From a virus (Duplodnaviria; Caudoviricetes): a stretch of 45,759 nt of DNA. The stretch lies in the IMG/VR virus record IMGVR_UViG_3300012940_000040, positions 1-45,759 of that record; one strand, 5' to 3'. This document shows, piece after piece, positions 14,613 through 24,990 of the stretch. Under the pieces are notes generated by a model. That model had not been told where the DNA came from, did not search any database, and saw only the letters and a list, made by a program, of their open reading frames with translations. The position numbers and the translations under genes were made by a program. How positions within the stretch are numbered: the first letter of the stretch is position 1; every line of letters starts with the position of its first letter.

Positions 14613-16958
14613 ATGAAAGAAATGGATAAAGAATTAATAGAATTAATTAAGAGAAATGATTTCAAAACAATTAAGAAAAAGCTAAAACCATTAGGAAGTA
14701 AGTATGTAAAAAATTTTTTAGAACCTTATATTGAAAATAAATTTGGTATAGACTACCACAAAAATTTGTATTCAATAGTTCGTTATGTAAACAAATTTAA
14801 CAAAAAACAATCTGAATTATTTTTAGAACATATTAAAGGTAATTTACAGTATGATGAAAAAAATTGGAATAAAAACATTTATAAATTTGATATACTTATA
14901 CCAGAAAGCATAGCCTTATTAATTGAAAATTCAATATTAGATGCAAAAATAAATGATGGTGAATTATACAATTTTCTTATAAATAATAGAAGCGGAATTT
15001 ATTGTATTATTTTAAAAATATATAAATTCTGGTTTTCTAATAAGAACCAAAATGATATTGAAGTAAAAAAATTGTATGAAAATAATTTTGAAATTGATAA
15101 TTTTTTTGTGCGTATTTCAAGGGAGGAATTTAAAAAATATTCTGAAAATTATATCAAAATACTAAATTATTTAGATGCTATTAAGGTTGTGTTTACTGAT
15201 CACTTCCATAGACCTACAGTTTTAAATAAAGAAAAAAATATTTTTAAACCCGGTATTTGTAAGGGATATAGACTTAATCCATTGTTAGTTAATATTCAAA
15301 AAAATGCAGAAAATAAATTTTTCATTATAAGAATAAACAACAAAAAATCTGTAATCAGCCTGTATCATGATTATATTTCACAAAAAGAAGTGTTAATCAA
15401 CAAAGATGATAGTGAAGAATATTTTAGTGATGAAGAAAATTTATATTATCTTAAAAATTATAGCAATAGACCTAAAAGGATAGGTATTTCAGATGATTGT
15501 AAAGAATTGATTAAAAAGTATAATGATAACTTAATAGTTACGCCTATAGAGGAAATGTTTGATTATGTTGATAAGCATTACAGTGAACTTATAGATCAAG
15601 GCATAAAAAGAAATAAATTAAATCTTATTGAAAAAATATACGATTATCTTAATTTTTTTGAATTAAGGTACGATGATGCAGATGAAGATAAATTTAAAAA
15701 TTTCAATTATTTTCTTGATCGAACTGGAAGGTTTTATACATTTTTTAATCATTGTCCGAAGGAAATTATTACTGAAATGTTTAAAATAAAAAATTCAAAA
15801 GGTAATGTTGAAAAACTTGTTGAAATAGATATGAGGTCGTGTCATTTGAATATGCTTGCCTTATTATTCAATAAAAATGTTTTAAAGAATTTTAGTATTA
15901 GAAATTTCGTAGGCCCTGAATTATTAAATTGGTTTGAAAGAAAATTAGAAAAAATACCAATTGAACAATTGAATGCTTTTAAAAATTTATGTTCAAGTTC
16001 AGATTATTATCAAAAAATGGCTAATCTAATTAATGAAAAATCTGAAATAAAATATGATATTGATTCAATAAAGAAGATGAATATGTATTTCTTATATGGA
16101 AATAATATTTATAATCCTATTGTAACAATTTTTAAATTTTATTTTCCATTTGTTATTGATTTTTTAAATGAAGTAAAGAAAAATTTTCATTCTCAAAGTA
16201 AACTAAGTTACTTATTAATGAGACTAGAAAGTTATTTTTTTATTGATAAAGGAATAGCAAGTGTTTTGAAAGAAGGAATAACTGTATTACCTAAACATGA
16301 TTGTTATTATGTAGCAGTAAGTGATGCCCAAAAAGTACGAAATATATTGACAAATATTTATTTGGAACTTACAGAAGGTGATATTAATTATATCCCTAGT
16401 TATGATAGAGAAACAAGCCGTATTAAAAGTTTATTCAGCAAAACAATAATTGATAAAAAGATAGTATCAAGAAATGTTCAGTTAAAAAAATTCATTAACA
16501 AAACAAGAGAAGAAAGAATTAAAAATAATTTATATACAAATATATATTACAAAGAGTTTAATGATTTTTTGTTAAATTCTGGCATCAAAAAATTAAAAGT
16601 AGACAGAAAATTGAATGTAGATAAATTTAAAAAGATATTAGATAGATTAGTAAAATTATCTGCTGATGACAATTGTATTAAATTTTTTGAATACTTATAT
16701 GATATATATGAAAGCAAGAATTATGAAAAATTTGTTAAAGAAAACAAAAAATACAATTTTACATTTTTAAAATTTGTTATAGCAGAATATATATCTGAAG
16801 ATATTAAAAACAAAACAATTCAGCAACCTATATTTATTTCGAAACAAAAAATTTCAAACACTAAAATTATCACTCCTTATGAGTTTTATTTAAAGAAAAC
16901 GAATGAAAGTAGTGGATTAAAAGATAGACAGGTGCAACAAAATTATCTTTTATATTAA
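14613..16958 (+). CDS. Divergent PolA/T7-RNA-polymerase-superfamily protein
   Basis: Ordered motifs DRTGRFY, A-like VEIDMRSCH, B-like IKKMNMYFLYG, LMRLES and C-like PKHDCYYV. Confidence 0.65.
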   Translation: MKEMDKELIELIKRNDFKTIKKKLKPLGSKYVKNFLEPYIENKFGIDYHKNLYSIVRYVNKFNKKQSELFLEHIKGNLQYDEKNWNKNIYKFDILIPESIALLIENSILDAKINDGELYNFLINNRSGIYCIILKIYKFWFSNKNQNDIEVKKLYENNFEIDNFFVRISREEFKKYSENYIKILNYLDAIKVVFTDHFHRPTVLNKEKNIFKPGICKGYRLNPLLVNIQKNAENKFFIIRINNKKSVISLYHDYISQKEVLINKDDSEEYFSDEENLYYLKNYSNRPKRIGISDDCKELIKKYNDNLIVTPIEEMFDYVDKHYSELIDQGIKRNKLNLIEKIYDYLNFFELRYDDADEDKFKNFNYFLDRTGRFYTFFNHCPKEIITEMFKIKNSKGNVEKLVEIDMRSCHLNMLALLFNKNVLKNFSIRNFVGPELLNWFERKLEKIPIEQLNAFKNLCSSSDYYQKMANLINEKSEIKYDIDSIKKMNMYFLYGNNIYNPIVTIFKFYFPFVIDFLNEVKKNFHSQSKLSYLLMRLESYFFIDKGIASVLKEGITVLPKHDCYYVAVSDAQKVRNILTNIYLELTEGDINYIPSYDRETSRIKSLFSKTIIDKKIVSRNVQLKKFINKTREERIKNNLYTNIYYKEFNDFLLNSGIKKLKVDRKLNVDKFKKILDRLVKLSADDNCIKFFEYLYDIYESKNYEKFVKENKKYNFTFLKFVIAEYISEDIKNKTIQQPIFISKQKISNTKIITPYEFYLKKTNESSGLKDRQVQQNYLLY

Positions 16959-17033
16959 AAAAAATGTAGCATAATATTTATTTTTCTTGTTAAAAGTAAA
17001 TATATTACACTCTAATTTAAGAACAAAAAAAAT

Positions 17034-18812
17034 ATGGAATATTCAAAATATCAATTGGACGTTTTTAATTTTATTAAAAATGAGAAAGGAAATTGTGTTA
17101 TTTCTGCTGTTGCTGGTAGTGGTAAAACTACTACAATTGTAGAATCATTAAAGATAATTCCCAAAACAAAAAGTATATTGTTTTTAGCTTTCAATAAAGC
17201 TATTGTTGAAGAATTGAAAGATAGAGTTCCTTTCAATGTAAAGGTTAGAACATTTCATAGTTTAGGTAATTCTTATATTTTGAATACTTATCCAAATATG
17301 AAAATGGATGGCTATAAGTTTTATAAATATTCTGAAAAGTTATTGGAGCCGTATGTTAAAATGAATTATCCTAGAAAACAACATTCAGCAGTTTTAACAG
17401 AATATAGAGACTTGATTAATGTATTTAGAAATAATGCTCTTTATATTCCTAAAGAATTAACATCATCTAAAATTGATGATGTATTATCCAATATTTATAA
17501 AATACAAAGTAATAATTTTGACTTTGAATATATTGGTTCTGAAGATGATTATATAAGGGCAATTAAAATGTTGAATGAAATGAATGAAGATCGAGAAAGA
17601 TTTGATTTCAATGATATGGTTTACTTGCCAGTAATAAATCAGGATATAAAGAATAATATTATTTCTTATGATTATGTTTTGGTTGATGAATGTCAAGATT
17701 TGAATATTACTCAACAATCATTTTTAGATAGTATTGTTAAAGAAAAAACAGGTAGATTTATTGCTGTAGGTGATGAAAGGCAAGCAATTTATGGCTTTGC
17801 TGGTGCTGATATTCATAGTTTTAAAAATCTTACCAATAAAGAAAATACTATTACTTTACCATTATCTTTTTGCTATAGATGTGGAAAAAATATGATTAAA
17901 TACGCACAAGGATTTGTTAAACAAATTGAAGCCGTTGAAACTAAAGGTGATGGTATTATTCGTGATGGCAAAATAGAAGAAGTTCAAACAGGTGATATTG
18001 TTCTTTCAAGAGTTAATAAAAATCTTATTAGTTTATTTTTCTCCTTATTAAAAGAAAATAAAAAGAGTTTCATTAAGGGTAAAGATATTGGCGAAAATCT
18101 TATTAGAATGATAACCAAATCTAATGCAAAAAACTTAAAAGAATTTGAAAAATATGTTGGTGAAGAAGTTAAGAAATTACGTTTAAAGTTAGAAACAAAA
18201 ATAGGTAGAATTATTGATGAAGAAACTTTTATTAATTCTAGCGAATATCAACATTTAATTGAAAAAGTGGATTGTATCAAAACATTGAATCAACATTATG
18301 AAAAACAATTAAAAACTTTTCAGGATTTAAAGGATAAAATAAGTTTGATTTTCATGGATGAAGGTGATGGTATAATGCTTTCTACTGTTCATAAAGCAAA
18401 AGGGCTTGAAAATAGTCGCGTTTTTATTTTAGATGCATTTATGTTCCCCGCTACATTTGCTAAAGAAAAATGGGAAAAAATTCAAGAACAAAATCTTTAC
18501 TATGTGGCAATTACAAGAGCAAAAGACGAATTAGTGTTTATACATGAAAATTTTGAAAGGAAAATTTATAGATACTTACTTTTAAACGATTTTGATTCAA
18601 TTGAAAAATTAGTTAAAAAGAAAAAAATGGATATTGATGAACTTTATTTTATGGAAGATGTAAGTAAATATACTTTTGATTTTTCTATGGAAAACAAAGA
18701 AAAAGTTTATTCATACTATTCTATTCCCGGATATATTACTTTTAAAGAACTAATTAATAAAAATAAAAAAATATTAAATGGAAGAACAACAGGAGCCAAT
18801 AGCACACTTTAA
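17034..18812 (+). CDS. UvrD/Rep-like SF1A helicase
   Basis: AVAGSGKTT, LAFN, TFHSL, VDECQD, VGDERQAIYGFAGA, STVHKAKGLE and YVAITRAK. Confidence 0.95.
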   Translation: MEYSKYQLDVFNFIKNEKGNCVISAVAGSGKTTTIVESLKIIPKTKSILFLAFNKAIVEELKDRVPFNVKVRTFHSLGNSYILNTYPNMKMDGYKFYKYSEKLLEPYVKMNYPRKQHSAVLTEYRDLINVFRNNALYIPKELTSSKIDDVLSNIYKIQSNNFDFEYIGSEDDYIRAIKMLNEMNEDRERFDFNDMVYLPVINQDIKNNIISYDYVLVDECQDLNITQQSFLDSIVKEKTGRFIAVGDERQAIYGFAGADIHSFKNLTNKENTITLPLSFCYRCGKNMIKYAQGFVKQIEAVETKGDGIIRDGKIEEVQTGDIVLSRVNKNLISLFFSLLKENKKSFIKGKDIGENLIRMITKSNAKNLKEFEKYVGEEVKKLRLKLETKIGRIIDEETFINSSEYQHLIEKVDCIKTLNQHYEKQLKTFQDLKDKISLIFMDEGDGIMLSTVHKAKGLENSRVFILDAFMFPATFAKEKWEKIQEQNLYYVAITRAKDELVFIHENFERKIYRYLLLNDFDSIEKLVKKKKMDIDELYFMEDVSKYTFDFSMENKEKVYSYYSIPGYITFKELINKNKKILNGRTTGANSTL

Positions 18813-19161
18813 TTTTTCATCTAGTTTAAGTAATGAATTAGGTTGGCAAGAAGTGCAAACAAAAACAACAATTGTTACTCGTTTATTTAATCAAGGGCAT
18901 ATTAATTTTCATGAGGCAACTATTCTATTAAAGGAATTTGTTATCATGGAAAAACAAAATGAAAAAGAAAACTATTGGTTTAAATATCCTTATACATATC
19001 CTTTCCAGCCTTATAATGATGGTAAATATAATCATTGGGAACATTGTTCTTGTAATCCTAAAAATGGTGGAAGTGGAGTATGTAATTGCACGTTAAATCA
19101 ACCATTTACATTTTCAAGAGATCATTTTTCAAATAATAATGAAAATGAAAATAACAAGTAA
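18778..19161 (+). CDS. Hypothetical protein with a Cys cluster
   Basis: HCSCNPKNGGSGVCNC is a possible metal-binding motif. Confidence 0.7.
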   Translation: MEEQQEPIAHFNFSSSLSNELGWQEVQTKTTIVTRLFNQGHINFHEATILLKEFVIMEKQNEKENYWFKYPYTYPFQPYNDGKYNHWEHCSCNPKNGGSGVCNCTLNQPFTFSRDHFSNNNENENNK

Positions 19162-19534
19162 TTTTTTAAAAGCAAATACAGTAACACCTTCTGGTATTTA
19201 TTATACTGAAGAGTGTTTAAAAAAAATGTGTAATCAAATACAAGATATAATTGATAAAAATGGTGTTGCTTTAGGAGAAATAAAACATGAAATTAATCAA
19301 TGTTATCCAGTTGAACTTAAAAATGTTACACATTTAATTGAAAATGTTTATTATGATAAAGTAAAAGGAATATCAATTGATGTAAAATTTACTAAAGATT
19401 ATTTGGAATATTTTAAAGATAAGTTAGCAATTACTCCCCGTGGTACTGCTTCTTATAAAATTGATGAAAGCGGGAACAAAATTATAGATCAAATGGATAT
19501 TGTTTCGTTTGATTTAACACGTAAAATAGATTAA
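19139..19534 (+). CDS. Prohead-protease (gp21/S77)-like paralog, probably inactive
   Basis: Colinear with the 33895 protease: KANTVTPSGIYY/KGDTPNRNGRIY, ALGEIKH/SYGELDH, ELKN/ELKN, AITPRG/GISSRA and IVSFDL/LICWDL. Confidence 0.7.
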   Translation: MKMKITSNFLKANTVTPSGIYYTEECLKKMCNQIQDIIDKNGVALGEIKHEINQCYPVELKNVTHLIENVYYDKVKGISIDVKFTKDYLEYFKDKLAITPRGTASYKIDESGNKIIDQMDIVSFDLTRKID

Positions 19535-20127
19535 TGTATGTATTATCGTTCGATTTATCATCTACTACTGTAGGTTATTCAATTTTTAATAAAGAAAGTA
19601 AAGAGTTAATAAAACTGGATTATTTCAAATATTCAGATTGCGAAGATTTATTAGGCAAAGGGAAACATTTAGAAATTACAATTGAAAAAATTCTAAGTGA
19701 TTTCCCTTTAGTCAATGAATTTGTGATTGAAGAAAGATTAAAGAAGTTTCAGCATGGGAAAAGCAGTGCTGATAATATATTAGTTTTAGCGCAGTTAAAT
19801 TATATTTGTCAATATTTGATGAAGTATAAATTCCAATTAAAAATTACTGAAATTAATGTTTTGAAAGCGCGTGGATTAGTGTTTCCAGAAATTTTTAAAA
19901 TCACTAAGTCTTTAAAAATTAAACAAAAAGATTTCGTTTTTGAAAGGGTATTAACTATATTAGATAATAATTTATTTCCTAAAAAAATTATAAGTAGAGG
20001 GAAAAATAAAGGTGAAGAAGTATTTTTAGAGGAAGCAAAAGATATGGCTGATAGTTGGTTAATTGGTCAAGCATATTTTAGATTGAGTGAAGAACCTAAA
20101 TTTATAAAAAAGAAAAAAACAAAGTAA
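19534..20127 (+). CDS. RuvC-like Holliday junction resolvase
   Basis: VLSFDLSSTTVGYS, FVIEE and DMADS give the RNase H-fold acidic residues. Confidence 0.85.
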   Translation: MYVLSFDLSSTTVGYSIFNKESKELIKLDYFKYSDCEDLLGKGKHLEITIEKILSDFPLVNEFVIEERLKKFQHGKSSADNILVLAQLNYICQYLMKYKFQLKITEINVLKARGLVFPEIFKITKSLKIKQKDFVFERVLTILDNNLFPKKIISRGKNKGEEVFLEEAKDMADSWLIGQAYFRLSEEPKFIKKKKTK

Positions 20128-20131
20128 TAAT

Positions 20132-21037
20132 ATGGTAAGTATTAAAGAAGTTTCATTAGAATATTTAATGCCTAATTTGGGTGTTCCTAAATTTACTTAT
20201 AATCAAGTCAAATTTAATTGCCCTAAGTGTGATAAAGGTAATAAATACAATCTTGAAATAAGTACTGATACTTTAATATTCAACTGCTGGTCTTGTCATT
20301 ATTCAGGGTATATTACTAAGATACTTCGTGAGTATGCAAAAAATGATTCATGGAAATTAATATCTGAATTTAGAGATTCATATAAGCAGAAAATTAGTGG
20401 TAAAGTTACTAATTCTCATTTAAAATTGCCGGATAGTATTGTTCCTTTTTACTTCAAGAAAGAAGTAGAAGATTATTTAGTTAATATTAGGAAAATAGAT
20501 AAAGAAGTATTAAAAGATCGGAAAGTAAGCTATGTTTATTCTGAAGAAGAACCTTTATATAATCACATAATATTTCCTTATTATGATATTACTGGAACAA
20601 TTTTAACAGGATATTCAGTTCAAAATTTTGAAACTAAAAAATATAAGAATTTTGGTAAGCAAATTTTTGTTCCATACATACAATTTATTAATCCTAATTA
20701 TCCTATTTGTTTAACTGAAGGGGGATATGATAGTCTTTCTTTACCAAATGCTATACCATTATTAGGTACTGGTGTTCCTAAAGCTGTTTTAGAATTTTTA
20801 ACTAATAAAAATGTAATATTAGCATTGGATAATACAGTAGAGGAACAATATAAGCAACAAATAGTAGATGCATTAAAGCATTATAGTGTTAATTTCATTC
20901 ATATTTTTAATACTGGTGAGTATAAAGATTTAAATGAATTTAGACAAAAAGATCGAGAAAGTTTGATAAAAAAATACAAATTAGTAGTTGAAACAATTAT
21001 GGAAAATTCTGAAAAATTTACATCCTATGCAGCGTAA
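20132..21037 (+). CDS. DnaG-type DNA primase (gp61-like)
   Basis: Zn ribbon CPKC...CWSC, IIFP, and TOPRIM motifs TEGGYD, LALDN and KDLNE. Confidence 0.88.
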   Translation: MVSIKEVSLEYLMPNLGVPKFTYNQVKFNCPKCDKGNKYNLEISTDTLIFNCWSCHYSGYITKILREYAKNDSWKLISEFRDSYKQKISGKVTNSHLKLPDSIVPFYFKKEVEDYLVNIRKIDKEVLKDRKVSYVYSEEEPLYNHIIFPYYDITGTILTGYSVQNFETKKYKNFGKQIFVPYIQFINPNYPICLTEGGYDSLSLPNAIPLLGTGVPKAVLEFLTNKNVILALDNTVEEQYKQQIVDALKHYSVNFIHIFNTGEYKDLNEFRQKDRESLIKKYKLVVETIMENSEKFTSYAA

Positions 21038-21242
21038 GCGATATATAGTAATGGAATGGGATGATAGACTATTTACTAAAATAACATCCTATAATCCATT
21101 TAGAGTTGATGATATAAGTGAATTTATGAATGATGAAGTTGGAATTGGTCAATTTAAAGGAGATATAATTATTATAGACACGTTTGAAAACAAAATTATA
21201 GATAATCATACTTGTGAGTGGAAAGTATTAGAAGAATTTTAA
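20988..21242 (+). CDS. Hypothetical protein (ATG start near 21027 more likely)
   Basis: Fills the gap between primase and sbcCD on the same strand. Confidence 0.55.
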   Translation: MKQLWKILKNLHPMQRKRYIVMEWDDRLFTKITSYNPFRVDDISEFMNDEVGIGQFKGDIIIIDTFENKIIDNHTCEWKVLEEF

Positions 21243-21259
21243 AATAAAAAAAAATATAC

Positions 21260-24200
21260 ATGCAAACAAAAAAGATTTTAGCAATTGGAGATATTCACAT
21301 TTTTAGGTCTAAAAGATTCGATGAACACCAAAATTTATTTAATAAATTTTATAAAGTAATTGATGAAGAAAAACCTGATTTGGTAGTAATACCGGGTGAT
21401 GTTATTGATAGTAAAGTCAATATTTCTCCCGAACAAGTTATTTTATTACAAGATTTACTTATTAATATAACTAACAAAGTTCCAGTAATTCAAATCTTAG
21501 GTAACCATGATTTAAATTTACAAAACATTGAAAGAAAGGATTTAATTTCTGCTGTTGTTGGTTCATTACAAGGTCAAACAAAAAATCCAATACATTTTTA
21601 TCCGCATTCTGGAATTTATGCAGCATATGGTATAAATTGGGCTGTATGGTCATGTCTTGACAATCAATTGAACCCATATACCATTGAAAACATTGAGACT
21701 AATCCATCTGGTGAAAATTATACAATTGGATTATTTCATGGTGCAGTGGGTGGTTGTTTATCTGATACTGGAATGGAATTAAAAGATGGAATTGATATAA
21801 CTGAATTTGAAAATTGTGATATTTGTATTTTATCCGATATTCACAAACGCCAATCATTTAGAAATAATGAAATAAATTATACTGGTAATTTTATTCAAGT
21901 AAAAGAAAATGAGGTTCCACATGGAACATATTTAGTTTATGAATGGAATGAAGAATTAAATAAACATTTTCCTACGGTTAAAAATATAGATAATGAATTT
22001 TCTACGTTGGTTTATGAAATAACTGATATAAATGAACTTCCAGAATTTGAAAAAATTTATGAAGATCAAACTATTAAATTAGCTTATAATCAAGATGTAA
22101 TTAGTAAAGCTGATGTTTTAGAATACAAAAAGAAACTTCAAAAGATTTATAATAATAAAATTGATTATAAACCAATTGTTCCACAACGTAAAAAATTGAA
22201 TACTGATAGTATTACAATAGAAGGAAATGGTGAAGAATTGATTAAATCTTTTAAGACTTTATTAAAGGATTATTTAGAATCACAAAAAAGTAATATCAAA
22301 TTTTTAAAAGATATTAATGAAGATTATCAGCTAATATTAGATATTGATAAAATTTTTGGAGGTGATTTAAGTGCTGATAAAACATTTGAAGCAGGTGATT
22401 TTTATTTTGAAAAAGTAATTATTAATAATCTATTTTCTTTTGGCCCTGAAGATACTGAAATAGATATTTTTAGTGTAGATGGTATTAATGGTATTAATGG
22501 TGAAAACCGTGCTGGTAAAAGTAAAATATTTGCTTCTCTTATGTTTGCTTTATATGGAAGTATGCCTAAATCAATTTCTTCCAGTAAAAATGTAATTAAT
22601 AAAGATAATAGAGATAAACCAGCCTATGTTAAAGTTATAGCAGTTAAAAATGGTAAAAGATATTGTGTTAAAAGAACTATTGAACCAGTTTCACCTAAAA
22701 ACGAAAAAGTGTCTTATGTTTTAGAATTTGATGAAATTGATGAAAATAATAATTCTATTCAAAATTTAAGGGATGAAAAAAGACAAGAGACAGAAAAGAT
22801 AATTAGTAGATATTTTGGTACTGAAGAAACTTTTGAATTACTTTCAATGTTTTCTGCCCAAAAGAAACAAATTGAATTTATTGATTGTTCAAATTCTTTG
22901 CGTCTTGAATATATTAATAAATTTATGGGTTTGCAGGAATTTGAGTTAAAACATAAAGAGGCCAGTGAAGAATTTAAAACTCAAAATAAAGTATATCAAG
23001 AATTAATTAAAGATTTCAATGATAAATTAAATATAGAAGATTTAGAAAATGAAATTGAGGAAAGGCGAAATAGAATAATTGGAATAGAAAACAGTAATAA
23101 AGATTTAGATAAAGCATTAGCTGGTTTAGATGAAGAATTGTCAATTTTAAATTATGAATATCAAAAACATAAAATTATTGCTGAAACTAAGTACGATGAT
23201 GTAGATTTTATTAATTATAAAATTGAGCAGCAAAACAAAAAAATAGCTGATATTAATGCTTCTAGGGATAATAAACATTTAGAAATTAAAGTAATTGAAG
23301 ATAAAAAAACGCATTTAGATTTAAAAATTGAATCAAAAAAAGATTTAATTAAGGAAAATTTACAGCGGATAGAAGATTTAAAAATTGTTGGGAAGCAATA
23401 TAAGATCGAATTTCAGACAGCCGTTAATTCAGACGAAGAAAAAGAAGTATTGTTTGATTTAGTTGATATGTACAAAAAGGATATAATGAATTTCAATAAA
23501 GAAGTTGCTATCCTTGAATCTGAAATTAGTGCAAAAGAAAAACAATTAAGAATTGACATTTGTAATAATTGTGGCAAAGAATTTAGTGAAAAAGATAAAG
23601 ATAACACTCGTAAACAAATTAAAATAAATCAAGATAAAGTTATTTCTATCAACACTAAAATTAATGATCTGATGGAAAAAGAAAGCCATTTGAAGCAATT
23701 AAGTAAAAAGTGTAAAGATGTTATTAATGATATTAATAAAGTAATTTCTGAAAATAAATCGTTGGAAATTGAAATAAGTAAATTTGAAACTGAAAAATCT
23801 AATTTTGATTTTGAAATTCAAAAAATAGAAAATAAATATCTAAGCATAGATAATGAAGTTGCTAAGATACAGATGGGTATTATTGATTTAGAAAAACAGA
23901 TTGATGAAACTAATAGAATTGTAAAATCAATTAAAGAGGCTAGTGAAAAAATGGAAGCTATTCGCATTACTAAACTTCCGTTGGAAAATGAAAAGCAAAT
24001 TTATAAAAAGCAAATTGATGATAACAACATTTTGTTAGGTGAATTTAGGCAAAAAATCAAACAATTAATTAAAGAGGTTGATGATTATAAGAAAAAATAT
24101 GATGTTATTAAAGATAAAGAAGAAGAAATAAGATTGCTTTCTTTATATCGAGAAGTTATTGCAAAAGATGGATTACCATTATTCATTTTAAAGCAGCGTA

Positions 24201-24610
24201 TTGGTGCTATTAATAATGAGATTAATACTATTATTAACCAAATATTTGATTTTGATTTGAGATTTACTGTTAATGAAGAAACTGGTGAATTGAAAATTGA
24301 ATTTATTTATGATGAAGATAAAGATAAAAGTGATGTTTCGTTAGCATCTGGTTCTGAAACTTTTATTATAAATTTATGTATAAGAGTTGGTTTAAGTCAA
24401 ATTTCAGAAATACCTAAATGTCTTTCATTAAATGTAGATGAAGGATTTGGAACATTGGATAGTAAAAATATAGATAAAATTCCTTTATTATTTAGTACAC
24501 TATTGAACTATTATAAGAATATTATTTTAGTGTCTCATTTAGATGTGATGAAAGAAATTTATACTTGTCAAATAAATGTAACCAAAGATAAGTACACCAA
24601 AATTTCTTAA
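21260..24610 (+). CDS. Fused SbcD/Mre11 nuclease and SbcC/Rad50 ATPase (gp47-gp46 fusion)
   Basis: Phosphoesterase motifs GDIH, GDVID, GNHD, FHG and DIH are followed by Walker A GENRAGKS, coiled coil, Zn hook CNNC, signature ASGSE, Walker B VDEGFGTLD and VSH. Confidence 0.93.
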   Translation: MQTKKILAIGDIHIFRSKRFDEHQNLFNKFYKVIDEEKPDLVVIPGDVIDSKVNISPEQVILLQDLLINITNKVPVIQILGNHDLNLQNIERKDLISAVVGSLQGQTKNPIHFYPHSGIYAAYGINWAVWSCLDNQLNPYTIENIETNPSGENYTIGLFHGAVGGCLSDTGMELKDGIDITEFENCDICILSDIHKRQSFRNNEINYTGNFIQVKENEVPHGTYLVYEWNEELNKHFPTVKNIDNEFSTLVYEITDINELPEFEKIYEDQTIKLAYNQDVISKADVLEYKKKLQKIYNNKIDYKPIVPQRKKLNTDSITIEGNGEELIKSFKTLLKDYLESQKSNIKFLKDINEDYQLILDIDKIFGGDLSADKTFEAGDFYFEKVIINNLFSFGPEDTEIDIFSVDGINGINGENRAGKSKIFASLMFALYGSMPKSISSSKNVINKDNRDKPAYVKVIAVKNGKRYCVKRTIEPVSPKNEKVSYVLEFDEIDENNNSIQNLRDEKRQETEKIISRYFGTEETFELLSMFSAQKKQIEFIDCSNSLRLEYINKFMGLQEFELKHKEASEEFKTQNKVYQELIKDFNDKLNIEDLENEIEERRNRIIGIENSNKDLDKALAGLDEELSILNYEYQKHKIIAETKYDDVDFINYKIEQQNKKIADINASRDNKHLEIKVIEDKKTHLDLKIESKKDLIKENLQRIEDLKIVGKQYKIEFQTAVNSDEEKEVLFDLVDMYKKDIMNFNKEVAILESEISAKEKQLRIDICNNCGKEFSEKDKDNTRKQIKINQDKVISINTKINDLMEKESHLKQLSKKCKDVINDINKVISENKSLEIEISKFETEKSNFDFEIQKIENKYLSIDNEVAKIQMGIIDLEKQIDETNRIVKSIKEASEKMEAIRITKLPLENEKQIYKKQIDDNNILLGEFRQKIKQLIKEVDDYKKKYDVIKDKEEEIRLLSLYREVIAKDGLPLFILKQRIGAINNEINTIINQIFDFDLRFTVNEETGELKIEFIYDEDKDKSDVSLASGSETFIINLCIRVGLSQISEIPKCLSLNVDEGFGTLDSKNIDKIPLLFSTLLNYYKNIILVSHLDVMKEIYTCQINVTKDKYTKIS

Positions 24611-24632
24611 AAAATAGGCAAAAAATTAATTT

Positions 24633-24674
24633 AAACCCTCTTTCTTTTTAAAAAAGATTGAGGGTTTATTTTTT
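24633..24674 (+). terminator. Intrinsic terminator
   Basis: AAACCCTC...GAGGGTTT followed by ATTTTTT. TATTTAAA follows at 24679. Confidence 0.7.
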
Positions 24675-24707
24675 GTAATATTTAAAAAAAAACAACATTT
24701 AATTTTG

Positions 24708-24983
24708 ATGGCTAATAAAGAAAATAAGGAAATTAAAGACCCGATTATTATTCTTGAAACATCTTTGTATTTTGAAAGAGGTAAAATCTTTGAAGAATAT
24801 GAATCTGTTGATGATGGTGTATTGATACAAGAACATTTTATTCCTAAAAATCAATTTGTTAAATTGAATGAACAATTAAGTCCGGCTGATGAAAAAAGAG
24901 TTAAAGACTTAATCAGGGCGCAATTGAAGTATTTTTTTTGGCAATTATATACAAAACAATCTTTTATGTTAGGAAATATTTAA
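24708..24983 (+). CDS. Hypothetical late protein
   Basis: ATG at 24708 downstream of TATTTAAA (24679-24686). Contains an LNE site. Confidence 0.75.
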   Translation: MANKENKEIKDPIIILETSLYFERGKIFEEYESVDDGVLIQEHFIPKNQFVKLNEQLSPADEKRVKDLIRAQLKYFFWQLYTKQSFMLGNI

Positions 24984-24990
24984 TAATATA

